DNA of 40,329 nucleotides, from the sequence record SRR20825019_1239. One strand, written 5' to 3'. Below are positions 1-9,673 of this stretch, piece after piece. The notes beneath the pieces were generated by a model that was not told the origin of the DNA, ran no database searches, and worked only from the letters and a program-made list of their open reading frames with translations. Made by a program: the position numbers and the translations under genes. How positions within the stretch are numbered: the stretch's first letter is position 1; every line of letters starts with the position of its first letter.

Positions 1-2
1 CT

Positions 3-29
3 GGATTCTTCACTTTGTTCAGAATGACA
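3..29. repeat. Right arm of a (T/C)GTC-tagged REP-like palindrome, truncated by the window edge
   Basis: GGATTCTTCACTTTGTTCAGAATGACA resembles the right arm ATTCTTCGCTGCGCTCAGAACGACA of the element at 21848-21946. Confidence 0.65.
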
Positions 30-62
30 ACACGGAATGGCCTCAGATTTAATTAGGATGTT

Positions 63-1574
63 TTAGCTGACGACGTGACGCACTTCGCGGCGTTCGTTCT
101 TTTCGGTGTAGTTAAGCAGGCGGGCGAGGAGTTGGGCTTTGATGGTGGCGCATTCGGGATCGCCCCACCGGTTCACAAACTCGGAGGGATCGTTGGCCAG
201 ATCGTAGAGTTCGCCGAAGGTCTCACCGGCATACCAGGTGAGTTTCCAATCCTGGATCACCACGGTGCGCAGACGCAGACGTTTGGGATCATCGACTAAT
301 TCGACGTAGGCTTCCGCACGACACTCGCCTGTGCCATTCGCGATGGGGAGCAGCGACTCGCCGTCGAGAGACTCGTCCGGTGCGAGCCGGGCCGCGGCGA
401 GAACCGAGGGCACGATATCAATCAGCCCCACCGGGGCATCGACGACCCGGCCGGGTTTTAATCCGGCGGGCCAGTGCATAATCAGCGGCACGTTGATAAT
501 CGGTTCGTAGTGAAACGGGCCCTTGAACCACAGCCCGTGATCGCCGAGGAGTTCGCCGTGATCACTCGTGAAAATGACGAGGGTATTGTCCGCGAGTCCA
601 CGCCGTTCGAGCGTTTCCATCACAGTGGCAAGACTGCGATCAATCAGCTGCACCATGCCGTAGTAAGCGGCGCGAGCCCGACGGTTTTCGTCATCGGTGA
701 GTTCGTCGAGTGGCGTCTCGCCGGTCTGCGCGGTAAACGAATAGGTGCCGCGCTTCACCCACTTGTCGATTTCGCCGTGATAGGTATCGGCGAAGTGTTC
801 GGGTTTATCGGCGAGCTCATTTTCGCGCTTGAGCGGCGAAGGCACCGTGGCCGGATCGACTTGGCACGGGCAATCGCTCGGTAAGGCATGCGGATGATGC
901 GGATCCTGAAAACTGACAGTAAGGAAAAACGGTTCGTCGGGGTTCGCCTCTTCCAGAAATGCGGTGGCGCGTTCCCCCGTCCAGGTGCTGTTGTGCAGGG
1001 CGGTCGGCATATCCCATTCGATCGCTTCACCGCCGAATCGGGGTTCGTCGTGGCGGACAGCATAGTCGGGCGTTTGCCCGCCGTTTTTAGTTTTTACCCA
1101 CTCGCCGTAATGTCCGTGACGATGCCCGTAAGAGGAATGCCCGAGACAGAGCTCGACGTTTTCAAAACCGTAGTAAGGACCGGTCCAGTCTGGATAACGC
1201 GAGTTGGGTTGATTGGATTCTACCGAGATTTCGGGAGAACCCACATACGACTGGAAATGAGCCTTGCCGATGTAATGGGTGCGATATCCTTCCGCGCCGA
1301 GTCGGTGCGAGAGCATCGGCACATCATCCGGCACGTGGGTGCCGACGTGCCACGCACCGTGTCGTGAAGGATAGACGCCGGTGAACAGACTCGCGCGTGA
1401 CGGGGTGCAGACGGAGCTGCTGCAGTAGGCGCGATTGAAACGCACGCCACCCGCCGCGAGCTGATCGATCACGGGCGTAGCCATATGTGATGCGCCATAA
1501 CACCCGAGCGTATCGGTGCGTTGTTGGTCAGTGATGACCAGCAGGATGTTGGGGCGTTGGGGCGCTTGGGACAT
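63..1574 (-). CDS. Cys-type (formylglycine-dependent) sulfatase, S1 family
   Basis: PNILLVITDQQR start, CTPSR (CxPxR) signature, GKAH, DPHHP and SDHG motifs; no signal peptide. Confidence 0.93.
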   Translation of the reverse strand: MSQAPQRPNILLVITDQQRTDTLGCYGASHMATPVIDQLAAGGVRFNRAYCSSSVCTPSRASLFTGVYPSRHGAWHVGTHVPDDVPMLSHRLGAEGYRTHYIGKAHFQSYVGSPEISVESNQPNSRYPDWTGPYYGFENVELCLGHSSYGHRHGHYGEWVKTKNGGQTPDYAVRHDEPRFGGEAIEWDMPTALHNSTWTGERATAFLEEANPDEPFFLTVSFQDPHHPHALPSDCPCQVDPATVPSPLKRENELADKPEHFADTYHGEIDKWVKRGTYSFTAQTGETPLDELTDDENRRARAAYYGMVQLIDRSLATVMETLERRGLADNTLVIFTSDHGELLGDHGLWFKGPFHYEPIINVPLIMHWPAGLKPGRVVDAPVGLIDIVPSVLAAARLAPDESLDGESLLPIANGTGECRAEAYVELVDDPKRLRLRTVVIQDWKLTWYAGETFGELYDLANDPSEFVNRWGDPECATIKAQLLARLLNYTEKNERREVRHVVS

Positions 1575-1619
1575 GCTTTAAGCGGTGAATCTTCGCGATG
1601 TGAAAAGGGAAATGTTAAG

Positions 1620-1675
1620 GTAGCGACGAGCGTGAGCGAGTGGACGAATCACCACTCGCTCACGCTCGTAGCTAC
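1620..1675. repeat. GTAG-tagged REP-like inverted repeat pair
   Basis: GTAGCGACGAGCGTGAGCGAGTGG (1620-1643) and CCACTCGCTCACGCTCGTAGCTAC (1652-1675) are complementary at 23 of 24 positions. Confidence 0.85.
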
Positions 1676-1698
1676 TAAATGAGTTGGAGGGTGATGGC

Positions 1699-3174
1699 TC
1701 AACTAATTGCGTTTTCGAGGAGTTTGTAAGTTTGCGGACCGAGACCGTCATTCACTTCTTTGAGGCGCGCGAGTAAGCGGCGGCGCATCGTGTTGGCGAC
1801 ATCGCGCGCGGTCGGATCGTCGATGCGATTGGTCATCTCGGCGGGATCGGCCTCGAGATCGTAGAGCTCGTCGAGGTCGGAAGGATTGAAAACGTATTTC
1901 CAGTTTTCGTGCCAGAGGATGCGTTCAACAAACATCACCCGGTGGCCGTGATCTTCGGCCAGCATGTCGTCCCGCCAATCGTCGGGCGTTTCGCCATTGA
2001 GGAGCGGGTTGAGATCTCGTCCGTGAATGGCGGTGCCCATGGCGGTGCCGGCGGTGGCGCAGAAGGTCGGTGCGAGATCGATCAGGCTCACCCATTCGGA
2101 GCAGACGCGACCGCGTTGTTCGGCAGTGGCCTGGGGCGGTTTGATGATGAGCGGGATGCGATAGAGTTCCTCGTGGGAGAGGCCGCCCTTGTCGAAGAAG
2201 CCGCCGTGGATGCCGATCGATTCGCCGTGATCGGAGGCGAAGATGATCAAGGTGTTGTCGTAAAGCCCCCGTGACTTGAGACCTTCAAGCAGACGTCCCA
2301 CCTCGTGATCGACCATCGCGACCTGGGCATAGTAGCGGGAGATGACGCGCGCCCAATCATTCCACGAAGTCTGCGCGGCGGCGGGGAAAATGTTTTCACG
2401 AAAACGGCGATGCCATTGTGGACGGTTTTGCAGATCGTCGCGGAAGCTCGGCCATTCCGGGATGTCGGCCGGATCGTAGAGATCCTTGAAATCTTCGGTC
2501 GGTAGATAGGGTGCGTGCGGTTCCCAGTAGTGGCAGCCGATAAAGAAGGGAGCTTCGCCCGATCCGTAGTCGTCGAGCTGAGCGAGCACTTGTTCGGTCA
2601 CGAAGTGGCAGGGTGATGATCGAATATCACCTTCGGCCCAACCACTGGTGTTGCCTCCGCTTTTCGTGGGATCACCGCCTTCGGCCGCGAATTCGAAATG
2701 CGGCTTGGGTTCCGGCAGACCGCGCTCACGCAGATGGTTGAGAAACGTTTCGTCGCTGCGGATGCCGCCGTAATCGCGAAGGCTGAAACCTTCGAAGCCA
2801 GCTTCGGTGGCGGTTGGGGTGAGTCCGGCATGCCACTTGCCCTGATGTCCCAATCGATAGCCGGCTTCGGCTAACTTTTCCGGGTAAAGCGTCAGACCGC
2901 GCCCACAATCGGTTTCATCGAATCGCGAATAGACGCCGGTGTTGAACAACACGCCATGCGAGTGCGGGTAGAGTCCCGTCAGCAGGCTCGCGCGAGCGGG
3001 GGTGCACAAGGCGCTGGGCGTGCAGGCGCGATCAAAGCGGATGCCATCGGCGGCGAGCGAATCGATCTGCGGTGTGCGGGAAATCGCGGCCCCATAGCAG
3101 GAAAGGGTGTGCAAGGCCTGCTGATCGGTCATGATCAGCATGATGTTGGGGCGTTTTCCAGGGGTAGAGCGCAT
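1699..3174 (-). CDS. Cys-type sulfatase, S1 family
   Basis: PNIMLIMTDQQ, CTPAR signature, GKWH, EPHAP and SDHG motifs; no signal peptide. Confidence 0.93.
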   Translation of the reverse strand: MRSTPGKRPNIMLIMTDQQALHTLSCYGAAISRTPQIDSLAADGIRFDRACTPSALCTPARASLLTGLYPHSHGVLFNTGVYSRFDETDCGRGLTLYPEKLAEAGYRLGHQGKWHAGLTPTATEAGFEGFSLRDYGGIRSDETFLNHLRERGLPEPKPHFEFAAEGGDPTKSGGNTSGWAEGDIRSSPCHFVTEQVLAQLDDYGSGEAPFFIGCHYWEPHAPYLPTEDFKDLYDPADIPEWPSFRDDLQNRPQWHRRFRENIFPAAAQTSWNDWARVISRYYAQVAMVDHEVGRLLEGLKSRGLYDNTLIIFASDHGESIGIHGGFFDKGGLSHEELYRIPLIIKPPQATAEQRGRVCSEWVSLIDLAPTFCATAGTAMGTAIHGRDLNPLLNGETPDDWRDDMLAEDHGHRVMFVERILWHENWKYVFNPSDLDELYDLEADPAEMTNRIDDPTARDVANTMRRRLLARLKEVNDGLGPQTYKLLENAIS

Positions 3175-3222
3175 GCCTGAAACTGACCTTTGTGAGCCTC
3201 CAACGCACGTGCAAGTTAATAA

Positions 3223-3266
3223 GAAACACGGCGGCTTGCATTACGAAACATAAAAAAACTTGTTTC
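3223..3266. promoter_or_regulatory. AT-rich divergent promoter region with GAAACA/TGTTTC repeats (candidate operator)
   Basis: GAAACA at 3223 and 3245; GAAACA-N10-TGTTTC palindrome at 3245-3266, between the divergent sulfatase and GH38 genes. Confidence 0.5.
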
Positions 3267-3300
3267 ATATAATTAATCATATCACCCTTTGAATTCCCCC

Positions 3301-5748
3301 ATGTCTGATCCCCGAATTCTCCATCTAGTCGGCCAAGCGCATCTTGATCCGGTCTGGCTTTGGCCGTGGCGTGATGGCTGTTCGGAGGCGCTGACGACGT
3401 TGCAATCGGCGGTCAATTTTCTCGATACGGAGCCCGACTTTAAGTTCACGCGCGCTTCTTCGGAAATCTATCGCTGGGTGCAGCAGGCCGATCCGCGTCT
3501 GTTTGAACGGATCAAACACTATGTTGCGGAGGGGCGTTGGGAGATCGTGGGCGGATGGATTGAGCAACCTGATTGTAACCTCCCTTCAACGGAAAGTTTC
3601 GTGCGGCAGAGCCTCTACGGGAAACGCTATTTTCAGCAGGAGTTTGGGGTGGATGTGAAGATCGGCTACAATGTTGATTCGTTTGGGCACTCCGCGGGGC
3701 TGCCTCAGCTGCTCAAGCGCGCGGGATTTTCGCACTACATTTTCATGCGACCGATGGCCTGGGAAAGCGATCTTCCGTCGCTGTTTTGGTGGGAAGCGCC
3801 CGATGGTTCGCGTGTGCTAACGTGGCGACTGCCGCAAAATTACGGCCAGGAACCGCACGCCGATGCGGATCGTTTTGAGGAGGATGTGCGCAAGGCGGTC
3901 GAGGTGGGGTTTGCGCCGGGGATGCAGCACGGGATGTTTTTTTACGGAGTGGGCAACCACGGTGGCGGGCCGACGCGACGTCAGCTCGATCGCATCCGGA
4001 AACTCCAAAACGATCCGGAGATGCCGGAGATCAGGTTGAGCACGGTGGCGGAATATTTTGCGGCGATTGAAGCCGATCCGGCGATGGCCGAGGTGCCGGT
4101 ATTGAAGGGCGAGCTGAACAAGCACGCGCCGGGTTGCTACTCGGCCCACGCGCAGATCAAACGCGACGCACGTCGCGCGGAGCGTCAACTCGTGCTGGCG
4201 GAAACCGCGGCGACGGCCGCGCGAATCGGCACCACCGGTTCGCCACTCACGAGCAATCTGCAACGTCCGTGGGAACATCTCCTTTTCAATCAGTTTCACG
4301 ATATTTTAGGAGGCACCTGCACGCCTTCGAATGACCCTTCGATTCGGGATCGATTCGGGGCGACGATCCATCCCGCCGATGAAGTGATGACGCTTGCGTT
4401 GCATCGGTTGGCGCGCGAGGTGGATTTGAGCGGCGTGCCCGAGGGGGCGTTGTTTCTGTGGAATCCCCTGCCCTGGTCACGCTTGGCCGAGGTGGGGTTT
4501 GATACGTTTGAATCGCCCAATGGTGGGGCGCCACTCAAACGATTGGTCGCGCCTGATGGATCGAAAGATTATCCGATTCAGTGGACCAACGCCGAACCGT
4601 GTTTCGGACCGATGGGGATGGCTTGGCGACGCCTCAATGCAGTCGTGCCGCTCCCCGCCTGCGGTTACCGCGTGTTTACGCTCGATGCCGGGGAGCCGAT
4701 GCGACCGGCCACTCCACTCAAACCGTGTTTCGTCGCCGACGATGAGAACCCCGGCATTTATGAATGGAATACGCCTTGCGGTGATAAGCTGCTCGCGGCT
4801 CCGATCTCACTGAGCGTGTGGCAGGATCCCGGTGACACCTGGGGGCATAAGCTGGAGGGTTATGATGAGTGCATCGGCACGCCCGCGCTCAAGGAATCGA
4901 CCGTGCTGGAGGAAGGGCCGTTGATGCGTTGTGTGCGACAGAGAGCCACCTGGAAACACTCCGAAATCATTCTCTACATTCGCCAGTGGATTCACCAACC
5001 GGGACTCGAGATTACCTTGCGCGTCAATTGGCAGGAGCATCGCGAAATCCTGAGGCTAGAAGTGCCAACCGCATTGACGATGGCTACGACGACGGCCGCC
5101 TCACCGGGGGCAATCGTGCAGCGGCCGACCAATAGTGGGGAACAACCTGCCAACGAATGGGTGGTGCTCACGGGTCTGCTCAACGAAGTGCAAACCGAGT
5201 CGGTGCAACTGGTGACCGATGGCGGGCTCAGCTACAGTTCGGTTGAGGGTTGTCTGCGCGTGATCGTCACCCGTTCCGGTTTTTATGCACATCATCAACC
5301 CAAGTCGCCGCAGGATCCACTGGAGAATCCGTTGCTCGATCAGGGGTGGCAGGAGAGTCGCTTTTGGATTAATGCCGGCACGGGAGATTATAACGCGATT
5401 CACGCGCCGCGCTACGCCGCCGAGGTGTTGCATACCGCCGAACGCGTTTCCGACAGCGCGCACCCCGGCACACTTCCTCGCGAGGCCTCGTTGCTGGAAA
5501 TCGCGCCGACGAACATCACGCTCACCGGCTGCAAACTTGCCGAAGATGGCGACGGCTGGATCGTGCGTTTAATCGAAACCTCTGGAAAAGATACGACTGC
5601 AACCCTGCGCTCCACGTTGGGTGAAACCCGCGAATGGCAGGTTGCGATCCCCGCGGCTTCGCTGACCACGGTGCGACTCCCCTTCAATGGAAACACGGCG
5701 GCGGTTATCAACGATTTACTAGAAACTCCGACCCCATCCCCAACCTGA
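3301..5748 (+). CDS. Glycoside hydrolase family 38 (alpha-mannosidase-like)
   Basis: AHLDPVWLW Zn-binding motif, GGWIEQPDCNLP, DSFGHS nucleophile motif, FHDILGG; ATG at 3301 preferred over TTG at 3289. Confidence 0.9.
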   Translation: MSDPRILHLVGQAHLDPVWLWPWRDGCSEALTTLQSAVNFLDTEPDFKFTRASSEIYRWVQQADPRLFERIKHYVAEGRWEIVGGWIEQPDCNLPSTESFVRQSLYGKRYFQQEFGVDVKIGYNVDSFGHSAGLPQLLKRAGFSHYIFMRPMAWESDLPSLFWWEAPDGSRVLTWRLPQNYGQEPHADADRFEEDVRKAVEVGFAPGMQHGMFFYGVGNHGGGPTRRQLDRIRKLQNDPEMPEIRLSTVAEYFAAIEADPAMAEVPVLKGELNKHAPGCYSAHAQIKRDARRAERQLVLAETAATAARIGTTGSPLTSNLQRPWEHLLFNQFHDILGGTCTPSNDPSIRDRFGATIHPADEVMTLALHRLAREVDLSGVPEGALFLWNPLPWSRLAEVGFDTFESPNGGAPLKRLVAPDGSKDYPIQWTNAEPCFGPMGMAWRRLNAVVPLPACGYRVFTLDAGEPMRPATPLKPCFVADDENPGIYEWNTPCGDKLLAAPISLSVWQDPGDTWGHKLEGYDECIGTPALKESTVLEEGPLMRCVRQRATWKHSEIILYIRQWIHQPGLEITLRVNWQEHREILRLEVPTALTMATTTAASPGAIVQRPTNSGEQPANEWVVLTGLLNEVQTESVQLVTDGGLSYSSVEGCLRVIVTRSGFYAHHQPKSPQDPLENPLLDQGWQESRFWINAGTGDYNAIHAPRYAAEVLHTAERVSDSAHPGTLPREASLLEIAPTNITLTGCKLAEDGDGWIVRLIETSGKDTTATLRSTLGETREWQVAIPAASLTTVRLPFNGNTAAVINDLLETPTPSPT

Positions 5749-5751
5749 TTC

Positions 5752-7251
5752 ATGTCCAAGCGCCCCAACATTCTTCTCATCACCACCGATCAACACCGCT
5801 GGGATCACCTTGGTTATCAAGGCACCCCTGGTATCAGCACCCCGACTCTCGATCGGCTCGCCCGTGAAGGCGTGCACTTCAATCGCGCTTACACGCCGTC
5901 ACCGCTCTGCGTGCCCTGCCGCAACTCGCTGCTGACTGGAAAGTATCCTTCATCACACTACGCCTATTCGATCGGGATGAGCGTGGAGCCGTTTCACACC
6001 TGCACGCTCCCCGGCGTGCTCAGCGAATCGGGTTACCACACGAAAATCATCGGCAAGACCCATTTCGTAAGTCGTGTGCACGAAGCGCAGCACATGGCGG
6101 GTGATCAGGAACCCACGACGGAGTTTTTCCGCAATTGGCACGGACCCTACGCTGGCTTTGACGAGATCACCGCCTCGACCGGACACAACATCCACAACGA
6201 TCCCGACATGCACTACAAAGTGTTCCTCGAAGATTCGGGACAGGATTACGCCAAGTGGTTCTACGCCGGTAAACCCGACTACGATCACCATTGGGCGGGC
6301 GTGTGGGACATCCCCGAGGAATACCACGACACGCATTGGGTGGGGATGGAAACGGAGAACTACATTGAGAAAAAATCCGGTGGCGATGAGCCGTGGTTTT
6401 GCTGGGCGAGCTTTCAGGATCCGCATGAGCCTTTCGTCTGTCCCGAGCCGTGGTTCTCCATGATCGATGCGGATGCCTTGCTCACTTACGAAGGCTATCG
6501 GGAAGGTGAATTCGATGATCGGCCCGACATCTACAAACGGATGCTCACGCGTGATTTCAAACCCTACAATGAAGGGATGGGTGTGCCTTGTTCTTTCGGT
6601 GTTCCCAATATCACCAAGCGCGGCAAAGCCGCCCTGCAAGCGACAGCCGGCATGCTCGCGTTTATCGATGACCGGATTGGTCGCATGCTGAAAAAGCTCG
6701 AAGAAACCGGTCAGCTCGAAAACACGATTATCGTCTACACGTCCGATCACGGCGAACTCCACGGTCACCACGGCCTGTGGGGCAAGGGACTCGCCGCCTA
6801 CGAAGATTGCCAGCGCGTGCCGTTGATTATTTCCGCGCCGAAACATTTTCCGGCCAAGGGCACGACGCAGGCTCTCGCCAATCTCGTCGATCTTCCTCGC
6901 ACCTTCCTCGGTCTGGCCGACACGCCGGTGCCGCAAGGCATGCAGGGCACCGATCTCGCTCCGCTCCTGCGTGGCGAATCGGAAACCGTGCAGGATGCGG
7001 TAATGGTCGAAAGCCGTCCCACCCAGCACACGCTCTATCAGCACACGCTGATCACCGCGGATCACAAACTGGTGGTCTATCGCGATTGGGACGAAGGCGA
7101 ACTCTACGACCTCAAGGCCGATCCGGATCAATATACCAATCTCTGGACCGATCCAGACTCACGCGACCTCCGCGAAAAACTCCTCCTCCGCCTCGCCCGC
7201 CAACACATGCAACGCGAAGGCGAAGTCCATCCGCGGATTAATTTCGGGTGA
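5752..7251 (+). CDS. Cys-type sulfatase, S1 family
   Basis: PNILLITTDQHR, CVPCR signature, GKTH, DPHEP and SDHG motifs; starts 3 nt after the GH38 stop. Confidence 0.92.
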   Translation: MSKRPNILLITTDQHRWDHLGYQGTPGISTPTLDRLAREGVHFNRAYTPSPLCVPCRNSLLTGKYPSSHYAYSIGMSVEPFHTCTLPGVLSESGYHTKIIGKTHFVSRVHEAQHMAGDQEPTTEFFRNWHGPYAGFDEITASTGHNIHNDPDMHYKVFLEDSGQDYAKWFYAGKPDYDHHWAGVWDIPEEYHDTHWVGMETENYIEKKSGGDEPWFCWASFQDPHEPFVCPEPWFSMIDADALLTYEGYREGEFDDRPDIYKRMLTRDFKPYNEGMGVPCSFGVPNITKRGKAALQATAGMLAFIDDRIGRMLKKLEETGQLENTIIVYTSDHGELHGHHGLWGKGLAAYEDCQRVPLIISAPKHFPAKGTTQALANLVDLPRTFLGLADTPVPQGMQGTDLAPLLRGESETVQDAVMVESRPTQHTLYQHTLITADHKLVVYRDWDEGELYDLKADPDQYTNLWTDPDSRDLREKLLLRLARQHMQREGEVHPRINFG

Positions 7252-7255
7252 GAAC

Positions 7256-8158
7256 TTACTCCCTCGGGTAAGTAAGAAGCAGACGATCGCTGACAACCTC
7301 GTCTTCCAATGTTTCGCCGCCCATTTGGAAGCGGCGCAGCATGGAGCGGCCGCAATTCACAAAGACTTCTTCTTCGAAGAGTCCGTCGGGAATGGGTAAA
7401 TCACAGATTTTATCCCCCGACTTTTTGGTGCCATCGATACTGAGTGCCACCCGAACACCGCGTTGTTTGGCGACCGCGATCTCATTAAGGAGTCTCTCAA
7501 GGCGGAAGCTTTGACCTCCGTAGAGAATCGCCTGACTGTCGGCATAGGGAGGATCGCAGTAGATCAAATCGCCTGCTTGGGCATTGGCAAAACTCTCCGA
7601 AAAATCGCAACAGACAAATTCGGTTCCCCGCGTGCGAACTCCCCACAACTCTACGCGCTCGGCAAATGAGGCGGGAGAAATCGGAGTATGTGCTCCACAG
7701 GGGGTGGACATGTGACCATCTGATTTTCGGAAACGAATGACACCGCCATAACAACTCCGGCAAAGAAACAAGAGATCTGCTCCATTAGGTGACGAGTTAT
7801 ACGATTCCAAGATGGCCAGATAACCTTCGGGCTTCCCGAGACGATGGTAAATCTCGTGACGTTCCCGATACCATGAGATCAGCAGATCGGGATCACGATG
7901 GAGGGTTTGCCAAATCTCAATGAGTGGGCGAAAAGCATCCGAGGCGACCGCAACAGACGGTTGTAAGGCGGCGAGAATTGCTCCGCTCCCGATAAAGGGC
8001 TCGCGGTAGGTGCGAATGTCGGTGGGGAAAAAAGAGGCTATTTCATGCGCGAAACGTTGCTTGTTTCCAACCCACTTTAAGAGCTGGGTCTTGAAAGGCT
8101 GCACTTTTTGAAAAGCCGTGCCATCGAACATATCGATCGTGTTATCTCGGAGTAACAT
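7256..8158 (-). CDS. Dam-like (alpha/D12 class) N6-adenine DNA methyltransferase
   Basis: LLKWVGNKQ, motif I EPFIGSGA, motif IV YCDPPY; motif I precedes motif IV (alpha order). Confidence 0.92.
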   Translation of the reverse strand: MLLRDNTIDMFDGTAFQKVQPFKTQLLKWVGNKQRFAHEIASFFPTDIRTYREPFIGSGAILAALQPSVAVASDAFRPLIEIWQTLHRDPDLLISWYRERHEIYHRLGKPEGYLAILESYNSSPNGADLLFLCRSCYGGVIRFRKSDGHMSTPCGAHTPISPASFAERVELWGVRTRGTEFVCCDFSESFANAQAGDLIYCDPPYADSQAILYGGQSFRLERLLNEIAVAKQRGVRVALSIDGTKKSGDKICDLPIPDGLFEEEVFVNCGRSMLRRFQMGGETLEDEVVSDRLLLTYPRE

Positions 8159-8165
8159 GAGCTTA

Positions 8166-8212
8166 AAAATATCCCAATATGGGATTTATGTCAATATATC
8201 CTATTATGGGAT
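8166..8212. promoter_or_regulatory. Overlapping divergent M and C-R promoters with two palindromic operators (C-box-like)
   Basis: ATCCCA-ATA-TGGGAT (8171-8185, perfect) and ATCCTA-TTA-TGGGAT (8198-8212, 1 mismatch); minus-strand TTGACA(8194-8189)-N17-TATTTT(8171-8166); plus-strand TATTAT (8202-8207) 7 nt before ATG 8215. Confidence 0.75.
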
Positions 8213-8214
8213 TC

Positions 8215-8469
8215 ATGTTACGTGATCGTTACTGCGATGAAGAAATAGCGTTAAGAGCTTTCCTGCGCGAGAGTCGCAAGACTGCGAAGCTCAGGCAAGC
8301 CGATCTTGCTGGCAGGTTGGGCGTGCCGCAATCTTTTGTGAGTAAATATGAGTCTGGGGAGCGGCAGCTCACATTTGTTGAAGTAATGGCTCTAACTAGA
8401 GAGCTCGGGATTCAATTAAAAGAGGTTGTGGCTCACCTCCCTTCTATTTCTCATGAAACCAAATCCTGA
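8215..8469 (+). CDS. XRE-family HTH protein, probable RM controller (C) protein
   Basis: LRQADLAGRLGVPQSFVSKYESGERQL HTH; lies between the MTase and the nuclease and overlaps the nuclease start; ATG 8215 chosen because upstream ATGs fall within the operator region. Confidence 0.8.
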   Translation: MLRDRYCDEEIALRAFLRESRKTAKLRQADLAGRLGVPQSFVSKYESGERQLTFVEVMALTRELGIQLKEVVAHLPSISHETKS

Positions 8470-9307
8470 ATTCGCAAACTTGCCCCAATCGTTTTGGGCT
8501 GCAGTGAAAAGTATCAGTCAGCAATGTGGCTATACGGTTCGCGGCAAAGACATCGTCAAAGTGCCAAGCTCGGAAGAGATAACCAAAGCGTTCGAAGAGC
8601 TGGGCCTCAGTGTGGATTCATTGGCCAGCAAACTCAAAGGGAGGTCACTGCTCCAAACATTAGGCCGCTATTACAACTACCGTGCTCGTATTCTGAATAC
8701 TGAAGTCGAGCCGTCCCTTATGGACGCAGCCCAGGCGAAACGACAATTTCATGCGCTGAAGAAGAAGCTCAAACCGAAGTGCCCGCTTCCCATGAACAAG
8801 CAGAAGGGAAAGAAAAAGGCCCCCGCTTTTCTGACAGGTATCGTGAATATGATCGTTGAAGCAAACTGCCAAAACTTGGAGGTGAATTACGATCCACGGA
8901 TACTGACAACGGTGACTCGCGATGGCGCACCCTTACGGACACTTTCACGCCGAGTAGATGGAGCATTTCCTTCGCCGATTAACCCGGTAGCGATTTGGGA
9001 AATTAAGGAGTATTACTATACGACGACCTTTGGTAGCCGAGTCGCAGATGGAGTTTATGAAACTCTGTTGGATGGCATGGAACTCAAGGAGCTGGCTTCA
9101 TCTGAGGGGATGATAGTGCGGCATTACCTGTTTCTCGATGCGCATTACACTTGGTGGGAATGTGGTAAAAGCTATCTATGTCGAATCATGGATATGGTGC
9201 AGATGGGGTATGTGGATGAGGTTCTGGTGGGATCAGAAATCATCGATAAATTACCAGCAATCGTCCGATCATGGAGCGATTTTTCTGATAAGGCTTTATG
9301 GGAGTAG
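8453..9307 (+). CDS. Putative Type II restriction endonuclease, PD-(D/E)XK-like
   Basis: RRVDGAFP...WEIKEY fits a D...ExK active site; C-R operon divergent from an m6A MTase; ATG 8453 overlaps the C gene. Confidence 0.72.
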   Translation: MKPNPEFANLPQSFWAAVKSISQQCGYTVRGKDIVKVPSSEEITKAFEELGLSVDSLASKLKGRSLLQTLGRYYNYRARILNTEVEPSLMDAAQAKRQFHALKKKLKPKCPLPMNKQKGKKKAPAFLTGIVNMIVEANCQNLEVNYDPRILTTVTRDGAPLRTLSRRVDGAFPSPINPVAIWEIKEYYYTTTFGSRVADGVYETLLDGMELKELASSEGMIVRHYLFLDAHYTWWECGKSYLCRIMDMVQMGYVDEVLVGSEIIDKLPAIVRSWSDFSDKALWE

Positions 9308-9373
9308 TATCCCCGCAGTAGTTTAATGGTGATTTCGGGACTACTGAGTCTTGAAATTCACTGCTGAATCAAG

Positions 9374-9571
9374 ATGAGCACGCATCCACAAATTATTGAG
9401 AAAGAAGGAAAGAAGGAATTCGTAGTGAATTCTTACCAGGAGTTTCGTGCAATTCAAGAGAGGCTCGAAGACTACGATGATCTGAAAGATCTGCGAAAGG
9501 CTAAGTCTGAAAGCGAATCCGAAGCGGGAGTTCTGTTGTCGGATATTCGCGATGGTCTTTTGGAAGGCTAA
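9374..9571 (+). CDS. Small Phd/YefM-like antitoxin, no adjacent toxin
   Basis: 65 aa; PQIIEKEGKKEFVV...YQEF...LEDYDDLKDLRKAK pattern resembles type II antitoxins; acidic tail. Confidence 0.6.
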   Translation: MSTHPQIIEKEGKKEFVVNSYQEFRAIQERLEDYDDLKDLRKAKSESESEAGVLLSDIRDGLLEG

Positions 9572-9588
9572 GTGCGGTTAGGGAACCA

Positions 9589-9616
9589 GCCTTCGCATAA
9601 AGCTACGGCGGACAAG
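9589..9616. repeat. Single short REP-like hairpin unit
   Basis: GCCTTCGCATAAAGCTACGGCGGACAAG, an imperfect hairpin just after the antitoxin stop. Confidence 0.4.
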
Positions 9617-9673
9617 TCAACCTCCCCCACCCTAATGCTTGGCTTGTGAGGCTTTAATCTGAATTTGAACCCG

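Noticed and set aside
5953..7131. 392-aa antisense ORF over the third sulfatase
   Set aside because: Mirror-frame ORF typical of GC-rich codon bias; no recognisable motifs
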